Positions 1-14,436 of a stretch of DNA of 64,000 nucleotides are shown piece by piece. The position numbers were made by a program, and so were the translations under genes. The stretch lies in NCBI RefSeq assembly GCF_009914755.1, contig NC_060944.1; one strand, given 5' to 3'. Positions within the stretch are counted from its first letter, which is position 1. Each line of letters begins with the position of its first letter. The notes under the pieces are model-generated. The model worked only from the letters and a program-made list of their open reading frames with translations, ran no database searches and was not told the origin of the DNA. The DNA is from the human T2T-CHM13v2.0 reference genome, Homo sapiens.

Positions 1-200
1 CAGGTTAAATTTGGCCCACTTTCTGTTTATGTAAATAAAATCTGATTATCACACAGCCACGCCCATTTATTTGCATATTGTTTATCACTACCACCACACT
101 ACAACAGCAGAGGAGAATAGTTGCAATAGACTGTAGGGGCCACAAAGCCTAAATTTTTTACTGTTTGATCCTATGCAGGTAAAGTAAGAAAACTTCTGCT
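1..200 (-). mobile_element. MER58A-like hAT-Charlie DNA transposon fossil, cut by window edge
   Basis: Reverse complement resembles the MER58A consensus as recalled; a + strand relative lies at 44345-44545. Confidence 0.75.
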
Positions 201-271
201 GTAGAGAAAGGAAGGTATTCACCAGTCTAGTTTTCCCCAAGCTTCAGTGCACGTAAAAACTACTTAGTGGG

Positions 272-1192
272 TATGCTATTGTGATGTATAGTAAGACATG
301 TAAATACTGGTTTTCCTCCCTGGTTCCTGGCACTAAGCTATGGAAACACTTTTACTTTCCTGTGTGATATGTGTGCTAGGTGCTTATTTTGTCCTGACGT
401 TTGGTATTTGAACCCGGTTCCTGAGACAGAGCTCCTAGTCTCTTGGAATTTCCTGGGTGATTAGAGCATGTTTTGTTCTAAGGAGACGACTCCTGGTGAG
501 CTCCTGGATGGAGCCTGGTAGCCAGAAGCAACAAGGCATAATTAGAAGCCTGGAAGTTCCAGCCCCATTTCCAACCCTCCAGCCTTTGGGAAGAAAGGAG
601 GAGCTAGAGATTGAGTCAATAATTGATCATGCCTGTGTGACAAGGCCTGCATAAATACCCCTGAACTACAGAGTTTAGAGAACTTCCAGGTTGGTGAACA
701 CATTCCAGGGCAAGGAGAGTGGTGCAGCCGAATGTGATGGGGACAAAAGCTTCTGCACTCAGGACCCTTCCAGACCTTGCTGCACATACCTGCTCATCTG
801 GCTGTTCAGCTATGTCTTTTATCATAGCCTTTATTATACAATAAACTGATAAGCATAAGCATTTTCCTTAGTTCTATGAGCTCACTAGCAAATTATTGAA
901 CCTGAGGAGGGGGACGTGGGGACGCTGATGTACAGCTGGTCAGTCAGAAGCACAAGTGACCACCTGAGACTTGCAATTGGCGTCTGGAGTGGGGGCGGCC
1001 CTGTAGGACCGAGCTCTTATCCTATGAGACCTACACACTGTCCTCCAGTCAGTGTGAGGATTGAATTGAATTGCATGACACCCAGTTGATGTCAGAGAAT
1101 TGGTTGTTGATAGGGACAAAACCCACACATTTTGGTGACCAGAAGCGAAGTGTGAGAATATATAGAGACAGACAGTTTGATATTTCCTCACA
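272..1192 (+). mobile_element. MER21-family (MER21C-like) solo LTR
   Basis: Typical internal duplication (GGTTCCTG..ACAGAGCTCCTA..CTTGGAATTTCCTGGGTGAT), AATAAA at ~839, ends ...CCTCACA. Confidence 0.8.
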
Positions 1193-2478
1193 GGGGGCTT
1201 GTATGATTAGACTCCTCAGCAGTTGTCTGTGGACAGTTCTTTGATAAACACCTTATGGGGTCCAGCCATGTGAGTTTTGAGACAGTATTAAGTGTCTCTG
1301 ATCCTCTAGTCTATCAAATGAGGCTTACATTTGATCTAGAGGTATTGGAAAATCGAACTGATGAAAAGTTTAAAAATTCAACATTACATAAATTCAAGCA
1401 GAATTAAGCCAGCTCAATCCTCCTTAACAAATAAACACCTTCAAGCTTCTTGCACAGACCAGGATATAGAATTTTAAGTTTGTCAGTCACTAAGTAGACC
1501 CACTGGAGAAAATTGCACTTTGCCTTTAAATGATTTACTGCTGTGATTTCCAGGGGAGCTTAACTGTTCACCATTGTCTCCAGGCAGTGCATTCTCCAAT
1601 TCTCAGACACGTTGTCTCAAGAAACCACTATTTTCAGTTTGCGATTTTTTTTCTGAAATTTTTCTGAGAAGGTACAGCTAAATTAAATTATTCTTCTTGC
1701 CACCAAACATGAGTTATGGTCTCCATCTCATTTAGCAACTTCTGTAATTTATCACCATTAAAAATGGTCTAAAAGGGCTTAATTTAGTTAATAGATTCCT
1801 CACCTCAGAGTCAGCTTCCCTCTGGTTTAAGCTGCTGTTTCTCATGCCACAGAAAGACAGACTCTCTCTCTGAAACAGATATTACTGATTTCCACATAAT
1901 GTTCCTGAAGTCTGAGCTGACTTTTCATGAAGTGAGACAGATGCATGGCGCTAACTCCAGCCACCTGCTGTGGCCTCGGATTGGCATTTTAAATGAGAGA
2001 GGGAGGACCCAGGCAGAAATCCCTGCCATTCTGTGGGAAAAGAATGTTGGCCAAAAAGGCTATAACAATTCCACTCTTTCTGGCCTCCCTTACCACTAAA
2101 TCCATAGGCAAAGGGGAGCTATCTTTCTTGGATTAGTCAACTGTAAAAGCAGGCATAATGAGACACAGGTAAATCACAACAGGTTGATGTGGAAACTTAC
2201 ACCGGAGTGGACAGATGCTGAAAAATGGCAGATGTGCTTAGGGGAAACACAACTCAGCTTGAAAAAGAGCTTTATGGAAAACAACTTTAGTATTTGAGTT
2301 GAAGGAAGATATAATGCCTATAAGAAATAGGAGTCCCAGAATGTTCACTTGCTCAGTTTCCTGATACAATGCCATCTGAGTGTCTCGTTGACCCCGTGCT
2401 TTCTAATAATATTTGAAGACATTTTCATTCAAAAGACCTGCTATTTCCATACATAAAACTCATGTATGTTCATTGTGG

Positions 2479-2501
2479 TGTGTGTGTGTGTGTGTGTGTG
2501 T
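2479..2501 (+). repeat. (TG)n microsatellite
   Basis: Direct observation. Confidence 0.95.
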
Positions 2502-2515
2502 TCAGAAAATACAGA

Positions 2516-2811
2516 TTTTTTTTTTTTTTTTTATGATGGGGTCTCACTGTCACCCAGGCTGGAGCTCAGTGGCACGATCTCAGCTCACTGCAACCTCTAC
2601 TTTCCCGGGCTCAAGTGATTCTCCATCCTCAACCTCCCAAGTAGCTGGGACTACAGGCACAAACCACCAACACCTGGCTAATTTTTGTATTTTTTGTAAA
2701 GACTGGGTTTTGTCATGTTGCGTATGCTGGTCTTGACCTGGACTCAAAGCCATCCACATATCTTGGCCTCCCAAAGTGCTGGATTACAGGCATGAGCCAC
2801 TGCACCCAGCC
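2516..2811 (-). mobile_element. AluJ-like SINE
   Basis: Poly-T followed by diverged Alu reverse complement; flanks AAAATACAGA / AAAACACAGA resemble a TSD. Confidence 0.9.
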
Positions 2812-5774
2812 AAAAACACAGAAATTTATATGTAAGAAAGTAAAAATATCCCAAATTCCCAAAACACACATATAACCATGTGAATATTTCACGTTTTGTG
2901 CTCTTTTTGGCCGTTTCCCATGTATAAATAAGTATCTAGATAGGGATATAGATTGATCACAGAATTAGACCTTGTGCTTCTTAGCAACCCAAGCCATCTG
3001 AACAGTATTTCGTGGAAACATTTTCCAATTACTACGTACAGACATTTGTTATCATTTTTTAATGACAGCATGATATGCTATTGAGTGAACAAATCACAAT
3101 TTAAATAATGGCCTATTTGGGACATGTAAGATGTTCCCAGGGTTGATTTGTTTCACTAATGAGCCACCAGATATGCACCCATGGAAACCTTGGTCCAACC
3201 TTTTCTTATTATAAAAGGTGTCAGGGTGAGACTAATGCAATACCCTTGCGGTTCCCCTCCCAGCCCCAGTCCATGGTGCTGACAGCTGCCTCCACACAAT
3301 GGGAAAAAGAGCCCAAACAGAACTGTCCACGACCTTTCTTCTTGCCCTTGCCTTTCACCTACACCCCTCTGATTCAGGGCACATTAGGGAGGCTTGTCAG
3401 TGCTTCTTCAGTTTACCTCCTGTATCACCCTTTGTGCTGCCCCCCAAATCCCCTTCCACTTAATCTAGACTGTAGAAAACAGGAGAAATGCCTCACACTT
3501 GATAACACAAAGTTTCTTTCTGCCACCGTGTGGGGCAAACAGGGTCTGCCTTCCTGCAGGCAAAGGATTAATCCACCTTCCTTGAAGTCACTCCTTTAAC
3601 AGGTAAACTGGAATCCAGGGCATGCAGCCTTGCCCCTTGGTTTCCAAACACCTGCTGAGGTCCGAGTCACAAACTCCACGAAGGAGGGAAAGGTATGTCC
3701 ACAGTAGGGCATCCAGACTTTCCTCTCCTTATCACCAGGCCGGGGCTCCATTCCCTCTCCAAGGAGATGCCAGGGGATCCCTTGAGGGTGGCAATTATTC
3801 TTTGATGTTTCAGCCTTAGAGACTAATGGATGAATAATGGTTGGTAATTTTGACTTTAGACCAGGGCATCAGCTTGTATTTAAGGAAAACATAGAAGCCT
3901 CAATACAGAGTAAGTCCACAATGATTTCAGAAGACCCGATTTTAAGAAGCAAGCTGAGAGCTTTAAAATTACTTTCTAGCAATCTAAATACAATCATTGA
4001 AGTCCAGTCATGGGTACAGAGGGAATTGTTACACTATTCTCTCTACTTTTATGTGTATTTGAAGGTTTTCATAATAAAAAGTTAACCAAAAGTAATCTAT
4101 ATAAACTTAGCTATGAGAATGTAAGTGCCCTAGTGGATTTAAAACAATTCTATTCTTTAAAAAAAAAAAAAAAGGCACACATACACAAACACACACATTG
4201 AGTTTCAAATTACATCTTAAAATATGTGAGCCTTAGTTTCTGTTCCCCATTCCATCACAAATTATTTGAAAGTTTGTGTTGTAAATTCCATTTTCTTTTT
4301 CCTGATGGAGTATGTCACTCTGTGGGGAAAAGCCCATTCCGCTGTTGGTACAGGGAACTCATAATTCCCCAGTCGCTCGTGTTTCCAAAAGAGGGGGAGA
4401 GAAAGTCACACAAAGCCAAGGAGAGAGAGGAGGATGGGAAGAGAAGGAGGCCGAATGCAGAACAGAAGCACAGGGGTCCTTTCTTTGGGATCCCCCCCCC
4501 CGAGACTCAGCTGCACATCCTTCCTCCTCTGTAAGTGTTCTTGCCTTGAGGTCATTCAAACATCCCTGATTTATAGCAAGTCTGCAGTAACTTTACTGGG
4601 GCTCTCACAAAGAGTTATTGTTGTGATGGTTTCAGCAGAGCGAGTACTAAGGAACCACATGGTCAGGCCTTCCACAAGCTGTTGCTCCCCCCAGTTCCAT
4701 AGCTCCCTGGAAGATGGATGAGAGCAGGGAATGTGGTTTCACAGCAGGATCCACAGTAGGCCGAGGCCAAGGTGGCTGCATTCTAGAGCTGTGTTCTGAG
4801 ATAACGTCTGCATATCAGGCAACTATCATCTCTGTTCGGCTGGAAACCAGGAAGGCAGAGGCGATGCAGTGGCTAACGCCTCCCAAGCATCTATCCCTCC
4901 TTTCTGCCTATCCGTAGCCTCACCCTTGTCAACCCCTGGCTTTCCCGAGGCACTCAGTAATTTTTGCTCAGCTTACAGAGGCTCTCCTCCCAGATTTTAT
5001 GCTGGAAATATGCCTCTGAGCCCCAGTTGTTCACAAGGTGGTGGTCTTCAAATACGCACCTGCATTATATGAAAGGAAGGTAGGGAAGAGGTGTGCAGCG
5101 AGGAGGGGAGCCACCTCCCCTGTGTGTGTGTTTGATGAGGCATTTTCATCCAAAAGAAAGATGGATTGCCAACCAGACCCCGGCATCTGACATGCAATTA
5201 TGTCTGTGCACCTGCAGCTTGCCCCATATGTAAAATCTGCAGGTGCAAACCTTGAGTCCAAAGACAGTCCTTTAAATCATATCCTTCCAAAGACTCTCGT
5301 GGTTCCTATTGGAGCAGAGAAGCTGCTGAGGAGAGACTGCTTGAGTAACTCAGTCATTACTTTTCTTCTCACTCTTTGTTGTGCTTTGCTCATCCAGGGG
5401 AGGCCTTTCAGTGCTGAGAAATTACAAGTCCTTTTTCAGATCAGGTACATGGCTTGTGTGCTTTTCCCATGCACAGTCTATGCAAGGGGAGGAACATTTG
5501 TTTTGTGGGCTTGTTTTGAACATCTGAATCCAAAGAGAGAAGCTGCCCTGGTTTATCAGTCTGTCTGGTTCTGACACTCGACATCTCCTGTTCAGTTGGA
5601 ATTCTGCACCCCTTTGCATGTGCATTACTGAAAGGTGCCTTTAAAAATGCAGATGCTCTCTGTCTGTTCCCACCAATGTCTTTACTGTAGTCAGCCCTCC
5701 ATCTGCCAAGGGGTAGCTTGCAAGCATCCTCACCCTATAAGACCTTGCTGACTACTCATTCCAGCTTTGCGTGC

Positions 5775-5830
5775 TCTCTCTCTCTCTCTCTCTCTTTCTC
5801 CCTCTCTCTCCCCCCTTGTCTCTTGTCTCT
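5775..5830 (+). repeat. (CT)n polypyrimidine tract
   Basis: Direct observation. Confidence 0.9.
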
Positions 5831-6009
5831 TTAAGCTCCAATTGTACATTGTCCCTCTTTGTCATTTTTCTCATTTTACCATATATTATGGTTAATTGTG
5901 TACTTCCCTTACCCACATTAATAACAATGAAATTAGTAGGTTGAGTCCATAATGTGAGTCTCTGTGCTAACAGTCCTGCATGCCCTGCCTAAATTAATTC
6001 TTGCTACTA

Positions 6010-6400
6010 CTGATTCTGTTCCAGGCACTTTAGATCAAGTGAACAAACAAAGCTATGAAAACCACTCCCCTTCTGAAGCATGTGGGTTAGTTGGAGGAGA
6101 AAACTATAAACAAGGCACAAATAATTAAAAATAATTTTAGATGATAACAAGTGCTATAAAGTTAATAAAACACACTAAGGAAATGAGGATTGCTGAGCAT
6201 CATTTGAACTGAGATCTGAGGACTGAGAATGAGCCATTCAAGAGCTCTAGGAAAAGCAATGCAGGAAAAGGGTGGAGCAAATGGGAAGGATCTGAGAAAA
6301 CAGAAGTCTAGGGCAAGTGAGGTGGAACAGTCAGGAGGGAGGCGGGAGGTGAGAGAGGTGGGGCAAGTGGGTGAGGCCAGGTCCTGTAGAGCCTGGTGGC
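6010..6400 (-). mobile_element. L2 LINE fragment
   Basis: CCAGGCACT..GTGAACAA.. followed by purine-rich L2-like body. Confidence 0.6.
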
Positions 6401-6676
6401 ATCTGGGCACAGCCAGATTCAACAGGGAGCATCCATACTCATCTGGGCACAGCCAGATTCACCTGGGGATACCCATACTCACCTGGGCACAGCCAGATTC
6501 ACCTGGGAATATCCAGATTCATGTGGGTATATTCATATTCACCTGGGCACAGCCAGATTCACCTGCAAGCACCCATCACAGCCAGTTTCTCCTGGGACTA
6601 TCCGGATTCACCTGGGTATATTCATATTCACCTGGGCACAGCCAGATTCACTGGCCACACCCAGATTCTCACAGCC
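6401..6676 (+). repeat. 20-bp-unit minisatellite (~13 units) with 40/60-bp higher-order structure
   Basis: A(C/T)CTGGGCACAGCCAGATTC at 6401, 6441, 6481, 6541 and 6630, interleaved with degenerate 20-mers such as ACCTGGGGATACCCATACTC. Confidence 0.93.
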
Positions 6677-6728
6677 AATGGACTGTCAGATGCGCCAGTG
6701 CTCACATTCCAGCCCCTGCTGCCTGATG

Positions 6729-7160
6729 CCCCAGGGCAAGAGTCATTCTCAACATCTCACACAGCACAAGCAGCTCATCCTCCATGCAGCTGGCCTGGAT
6801 GGGGCATCCGGGATACCCCAGGGCAAGAGTCATTCTCAACATCTCACACAGCACAAGCAGCTCATCCTCCATGCAGCTGGCCTGGATGGAGCACCCGGGA
6901 TACCCCAGGGCAAGAGTCATTCTCAACATCTCACACAGCACAAGCAGCTCATCCTCCATGCAGCTGGCCTGGATGGGGCACCCGGGATACCCCAGGGCAA
7001 GAGTCATTCTCAACATCTCACACAGCACAAGCAGCTCATCCTCCATGCAGCTGGCCTGGATGGGGCACCCGGGATACCCCAGGGCAAGAGTCATTCTCAA
7101 CATCTCACACAGCACAAGCAGCTCGCCCTCCATGCAGCTGGCCTGGATGGGGCACCCGGG
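6729..7160 (+). repeat. 87-bp-unit VNTR, 5 near-identical copies
   Basis: CCCCAGGGCAAGAGTCATTCTC... starts at 6729, 6816, 6903, 6990 and 7077; only 0-2 substitutions per unit. Confidence 0.98.
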
Positions 7161-8769
7161 GCTGTGCAAGCCCTATCCCCTTGAGTCTGCACAAAAACCC
7201 TGTGAGTTTGTTAATATTACCTGCATTTCACAGACAGGAGTTCAGGACACAGGGGGGTCACCTGAGAGTGACCAAGGCTTGGACATCAGCAGCCTGGCTC
7301 CTGAGTCCACATCCTGACCACCCTCATAGGGTTTGGAGGTGGTGGGTGTGTGGTCACTTTGTCTTGAGTGTTGTGGAGTCAGCCTTGCCCACACCCAGAG
7401 CTGAGCCCCGGGAACATGTCCATGAGTGGGAGTGGCCGCTCTCCACCAACAGGCACCACGGTCATGGCCATGGACTGACATTTCCGGGAAGTCACTTCTG
7501 AAGGGAAAGCTATTTTGAGGCCTGGAGAATGAGTGACCCAAGGGTGGAATGTCCCGACCAAGCATATTATTCTTCCCCAGAGCTCCTCAGCTTGGCTGTA
7601 GAACTGAGTGTGGGGTGGGGGTGGGGAGACCGCAGCCAAGCGAGAAGCAGGTGACCTCAGCACAGGCAATTTGCTCAGCTCTCATAAACTGCTATGCCAC
7701 CAGGTCACTCACATCAGCATCGCTCGTCTGCAAACAGCCCCAGCTGTCACAAGTAATAGGGCGAGGGTGAGACCTCCGTGTGTTTTCTGAAGACTGTTTT
7801 CTTAAGACTCTTCAAAAATGAGATGCTCCCGTCACTCTCAACAACAGGAAGACCGTGTGTCACACAGTTATTAGATTTTATTTATGAGGGAAGCATCTGA
7901 GTTTTCTGCAACCTGTCATTGAGCAGTGTGTAAACTGACAGAGGTGTCTATCTATGTCCACCCTGGAGATGCCAGGCTGGAAAATGAGGACAACGATGCT
8001 TCCATCAGAAATTCTGAAAAATCGTGATAAAGTGATAGAGAAGTCACTTCTAAGTTCTGTGATCTGCTTTAAATGCTTGATAAAACATAAATATGTGCCT
8101 GAAAGAGAGCTAAGAGAACATGAACACAACTATATTAACCCTTAGCAATGAAGAATTATAGCTGGTCACTGTCTTCTTCTCTTTGTAAAAACAACCTGTG
8201 CATATAAAATTCAACACTATAGTTTCCAGATAATTCCTCATAGGGGTGTAACATGTATGTACAAACACAGAAGCTTATAGAGCACATAGAGGGTTGAAAT
8301 CCTATCTATTCCTGCTCCAGGGTGCCCTTGTGCTTAGGAGGGGCTGGGGGCACACAGGTCTCTGCCCTACGCAGAAGCTCACTCGCTCCGTCAGTGAGCA
8401 CGGAGGCACAGGCACGTAATGCTCAAGTGCTTATGTGACTGCATATCAAGCTTTGGTAACAAGACACCCAAATCCTTTTGAAGACCCCCCTGAATTCCGT
8501 CCAGTGGGAGTATTACCCAGACACCTTGCCCTCTCCAGCCTCAGGTCAAGCAGGTTCTTAGTATTGGGCCCGTAGCCTGCTCCCTGCCTGGAATCTGAAT
8601 CACAGGCAGAGCAATGAAAGAGCAGCAAAGAGTGGAGATCATGCCTACAGCAGGGGCTTTCAGACAGGACTGCTCATTAGTTTCTGGTCTTCCTTGCTTG
8701 ATTCAGCCAGAACCAGGTAGGCTGTTTACTAGAAAAGTTCCCTTCATGATACCATTTCCTGTGTGTGTG

Positions 8770-8945
8770 ATTATAGGCTCATAGGAAGTTGCAAAATAGT
8801 ACAGAGTCCTTTGAATCCCTCATTCAGCTTCTCCAAATGGTGACATCTTGTGCAATTGTAGCACAACATCAAAACCAAGTAATTGGCATAAATACAATAC
8901 TATTAACTCTGTTATAGCTTTTATTCTATTCAATTGTCAGCAGTT
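8770..8945 (-). mobile_element. Old L1 (L1MC-like) 3' end fragment
   Basis: GGAAGTTGCAAAATAGTACAGAG..CAGCTTCTCCAAATGGTGACATCTTG motif of L1MC 3' ends. Confidence 0.65.
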
Positions 8946-9504
8946 ATTATGTAAACTCTGATTGGTGTTTTAGTCTTTGTCATAACCTGATAATGGAGAC
9001 AGACTCTGTTCATTATCTTAATTTGTCCATGAAGAAAAAAGGACCCAAAAGGACTCAAAGAGCCCAACAAATACGGCCAATAGTCAATTTCCTTTGATGC
9101 AGGTAAAATATTCTGTGTATCTGTGCAGAAATAATTGCACAGAGCATGAGTCCAGCTGGCAAGCTGGCATCCATGAGAGCTGCCAGCTAACGATGACCCC
9201 CTCCTATAGGATGAAGGGATGGTGAGGTCCTGCAAGTAGCTCATGCCCAACGCCAGTTCCAGGGAGCATTTCCCCCACCAGCCTTCCATGATATTCTGGA
9301 GATACTGGCTGACTATGCGACCTTGTGCTTTCCAAGTGCAAATAATTGGTGATACCCCCAAAACATTTCTGCATACTATCTATGAGACTGAAACAGTAGA
9401 AAGTCAGTGTTACAAGTGTTCCAACCCCCTGTAGGACCATGCCATATGCCTATTTCGGGTCTATGTCAGCAAAAGAACAAAGCGATGTGTGCTGGGGCAC
9501 TGCT

Positions 9505-9660
9505 TCCTGCACCACTGTGTGCTCTCAAATCACTGGGTGGGATTCTGTTGAAATGCAGATGCAGATTCCATAGTTCTGGGGTGGGAGCCTAAGGTTCAGC
9601 CTTTCCACCAAACTCTCAGATAAAGCTGATGATGCTGGTTCAGGAACCACACTATGTGTC
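9505..9660. mobile_element. MER5A-like hAT fossil
   Basis: AAATGCAGAT..GGGGTGGGAGCCT..GATGATGCTGGTTCAGGAACCACACT. Confidence 0.7.
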
Positions 9661-9804
9661 CTAGATAATATTATTATAGCTGGGTTTTCTATCAAAACTT
9701 AGTCAAAGTGAGATAACAATATTCAAACTAAGTCATGAATTAAACCAATTCATTACCTATCCAATGGACGTATGGAAATAGAAATCAAGAAACTAAGATT
9801 TTCA

Positions 9805-9972
9805 TATAAACTTAGACTAGTTACTTCACCTCTCTGTACCTCAGAGTCCTCATTTATAGAAGGGGTAACAATAATAGCATCTGCCTTGTATCATAATTGT
9901 GAGGCTTAATTGAAAAAATACATGTAATCTCTGAGCAGAATGTCTTATGCAGAATAAGCACACTGTAAATTC
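9805..9972 (+). mobile_element. MIR SINE
   Basis: MIR core GTTACTTCACCTCTCTGTACCTCAGAGTCCTCATTTATAGAAGGGG. Confidence 0.8.
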
Positions 9973-9974
9973 TA

Positions 9975-10869
<895 letters not shown>

Positions 10870-11956
10870 TTTCTGTATATTCAGTCAAATATGCTGTGTG
10901 ACTATAGAAAAGTGAGTGATTCTATCACTTGCAACAAAGAGTAGGCAACAGGTGGACCTGGCCTGGAAGGAAACATACAGCATACCAGGCAAAGAAATGG
11001 AAGAAAGTAATCACTCAATACAGATAGAATTGTGTCTGCAAACATAGATTAGTAACAGGCCAGTGTTTGAGTGGAATACCTGGAGCTTCCCATTCTTGAA
11101 GATGCATGACTGCAGGCCCCAGCACCCTTGGTTTGCTGAATGGACATGAGGAAGGCTGATCTTCTGTTTCAGCCAGGCTGGTCACTGGTGTCCTTGCTAC
11201 AGTCGCTGTTGAAAAGAAGCTGCTGTCACAACCTTGGAGGATGAGGGGATAAGCCCAGTGCTTCACTGGAGAGCTGTGGGGCTTGACTGACTGGTTTGAC
11301 TCCTGTGTGCATTTCTTGGAGTGGATTTATTGAAGGTTATTTGTTTGTCTGTGCCAGAGTAGTCACCTCACAGCGCAACTTCCTTTCAAGTTAGCTGGGA
11401 CATTTCAGGCTTCCCTGCCACATAGGACCCTGAAAAATTGATTGCCCTGGAAATCCAAGCATTAAATAACATGTATGGGGCTTTAAAAAATTTCAGCTCC
11501 CCTTGATTCTAACCAAGCACACTTCTGAATTAAGAAATAAATGCAACTCTTTTATGAAAAAGAAAATTGAACAAATTGCACAAAATTACTGCAAGACCAA
11601 AAAGAAAACCTCTCACCGAAGCATTATAGCAAGATGAGTATAATATGCATTATAACTATTTAATTGCATTGGTGATGAAATAGTGCTTGGAACATACACA
11701 CCACTGTTTAGAGAGGGGAACGATGGCAGAAAGTGATAACTAAATTAAAACTAGTATACATTTTTTCCAATGGGAGAATATATGCAATTCCACAAGAAAG
11801 AAAAATATCTGTCTATTTACATGGGTAGATCTCTAAATTGTACAGAATAAAAGAGGGTGGATTTTCAGATTGATTCCAATTGATTAGATGGTGTGTTTTC
11901 TACAGGAATATATTGATATGTAAAAGTTTTTAAAGCTTAGAAAAATACACAGGGAA

Positions 11957-12666
<710 letters not shown>

Positions 12667-12709
12667 ATCTTTTTGAGAGAATTTATTCATCTCTTACTTA
12701 TGTAGTTAA

Positions 12710-13016
<307 letters not shown>

Positions 13017-13341
13017 ATATGTGGTTAGTTTTTTAAGGTATCAAACTTGAAGGCTATGAGAAATGTCTTAGGAAATGATCCTCTTCTGGAATTTGGTTCC
13101 TCTTTGCAGCTGATAAGGAGTCATTCTACCAATGCAAGTACTTGGACACTTACTGCTATGAAATGAACAGACACAACTGGGAAGAAAACCAGCACCCAGG
13201 GAAGAGAGGAAAGCTAGGGAGCTGTGCTTGAGTAATTTAGGGGGAATGGTAAATTGTCTAGTGACTCTTTTCACCTCAAGACCCACTGGTTTCTTAGTTT
13301 CCTTTCCCAACTCTGCTATTGCCCCCACATCCTAAAGGAAC

Positions 13342-14104
13342 CTTTCTTTTTTTATATATTTTATTTTAAGTTCCAGGATACATGTGCAGAATGTGCAGGT
13401 TTGTTACATAGGTATACATGTGCCATGGTGGTTTGCTGCACCTATCAACCCGTCATCTAGGTTTTAAGCCCCGCGTGCATTAGGTATTTGTCCTAATGCC
13501 CTCCTTCCCCTTGGCCCCCACCTTCCTACAGACCCTGGTGTGTGATGTTCCCCTCCCTGTGTCCATGTGTTCTCATTGTTCACCTCCCACTTCTGAGTGA
13601 GAACATGTGGTGTTTGGTTTCCTGTTCCTGTGTTAATTTGCTGAGAATGATGGCTTCCAGCTTCATCCATGTCCCTGCAAAGGACATGATCTCCTTTTTT
13701 ATGGCTGCATAGTATTCCATGGTGTATATGTGCCATATTTTCTTTATCCAGTCTATCATTGATGGACATTTAGATTGGTTCCAAGTCTTTGCTATTGTAA
13801 ATAGTGCTGCAATAAACATATGTGTGCATGTGTCTTTATAGTAGGATTTATAATCCTTTGGGTATATACCCAGTAATGAGATTGCTGGGTCAAATGGTAT
13901 TTCTGATTCTAGATCCTTGAGGAATACCCACACTTTTCCACAATGGTTGAATTAATTTACACTCCCACCAACAGTATAAAAGCATTCCTATTTCTCCACA
14001 GCTTTGCCAGCATCTATTGCTTCCTGACTTTTTAATAATCGCCATTCTAACTGGCGTGAGATGGTATCTCATTGTGGTTTTGGTTTGCATTTCTCTAATG
14101 ACCA
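13342..14104 (-). mobile_element. L1PA (PA7/8-like) 5'-truncated copy: ORF2 C-terminus plus 3' UTR
   Basis: Frameshifted ORF2 peptides IREMQTKTTMRYHLTPVRMAIIKK and IPFDPAISLLGIYPKDYK..WHIYTMEYYAAIKK. Confidence 0.95.
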
Positions 14105-14214
14105 ATGCCTCTCAACTTTCAATTTTCCAAGGACTCTGTAGGTGTAAGCACCAGCTAAAGTATCACTGCCTGATCCAAGACCCTTTTCAGACACATGTGT
14201 GCATTTTGATGAGT

Positions 14215-14436
14215 GATATGTGTTAAGGATAACATTTTTGCCCGTGATACCCAATGTGAGTGTTTGTGGAGATTTAACCTTCAGGGAAGTTATTAAGGTT
14301 AACTGAGGCCCTAAGGGAGAGGCCTTGATCCCCTATGACTGGTGTCCTTATCAGAAAAGGGGAGATCCCAGGGACACCTGTGCATATAGAGAAAAAGCCA
14401 TGTGCAAAGAGAGAGGTCTCAGGAGAAACCAAAACT
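14215..14436 (+). mobile_element. MLT1-like MaLR LTR fragment
   Basis: CCCAATGTGA..ATTAAGGTTAA.TGAGG..ATGACTGGTGTCCTTAT. Confidence 0.7.

Noticed and set aside
6401-6676. CRISPR-like array (constant 20-mer with variable 20-nt spacers)
   Set aside because: Spacers are degenerate copies of the repeat, there is no leader or cas gene, and the context is primate genomic DNA
6371-7501. 376-aa ORF as a real CDS
   Set aside because: GTG start, length explained by stop-free tandem repeats, no recognisable domain; kept only as a finding
13464-14105. L1 ORF2-like ORFs as functional genes
   Set aside because: Short frameshifted remnants of a truncated L1; the same applies to 17870-18193 and 48528-49390
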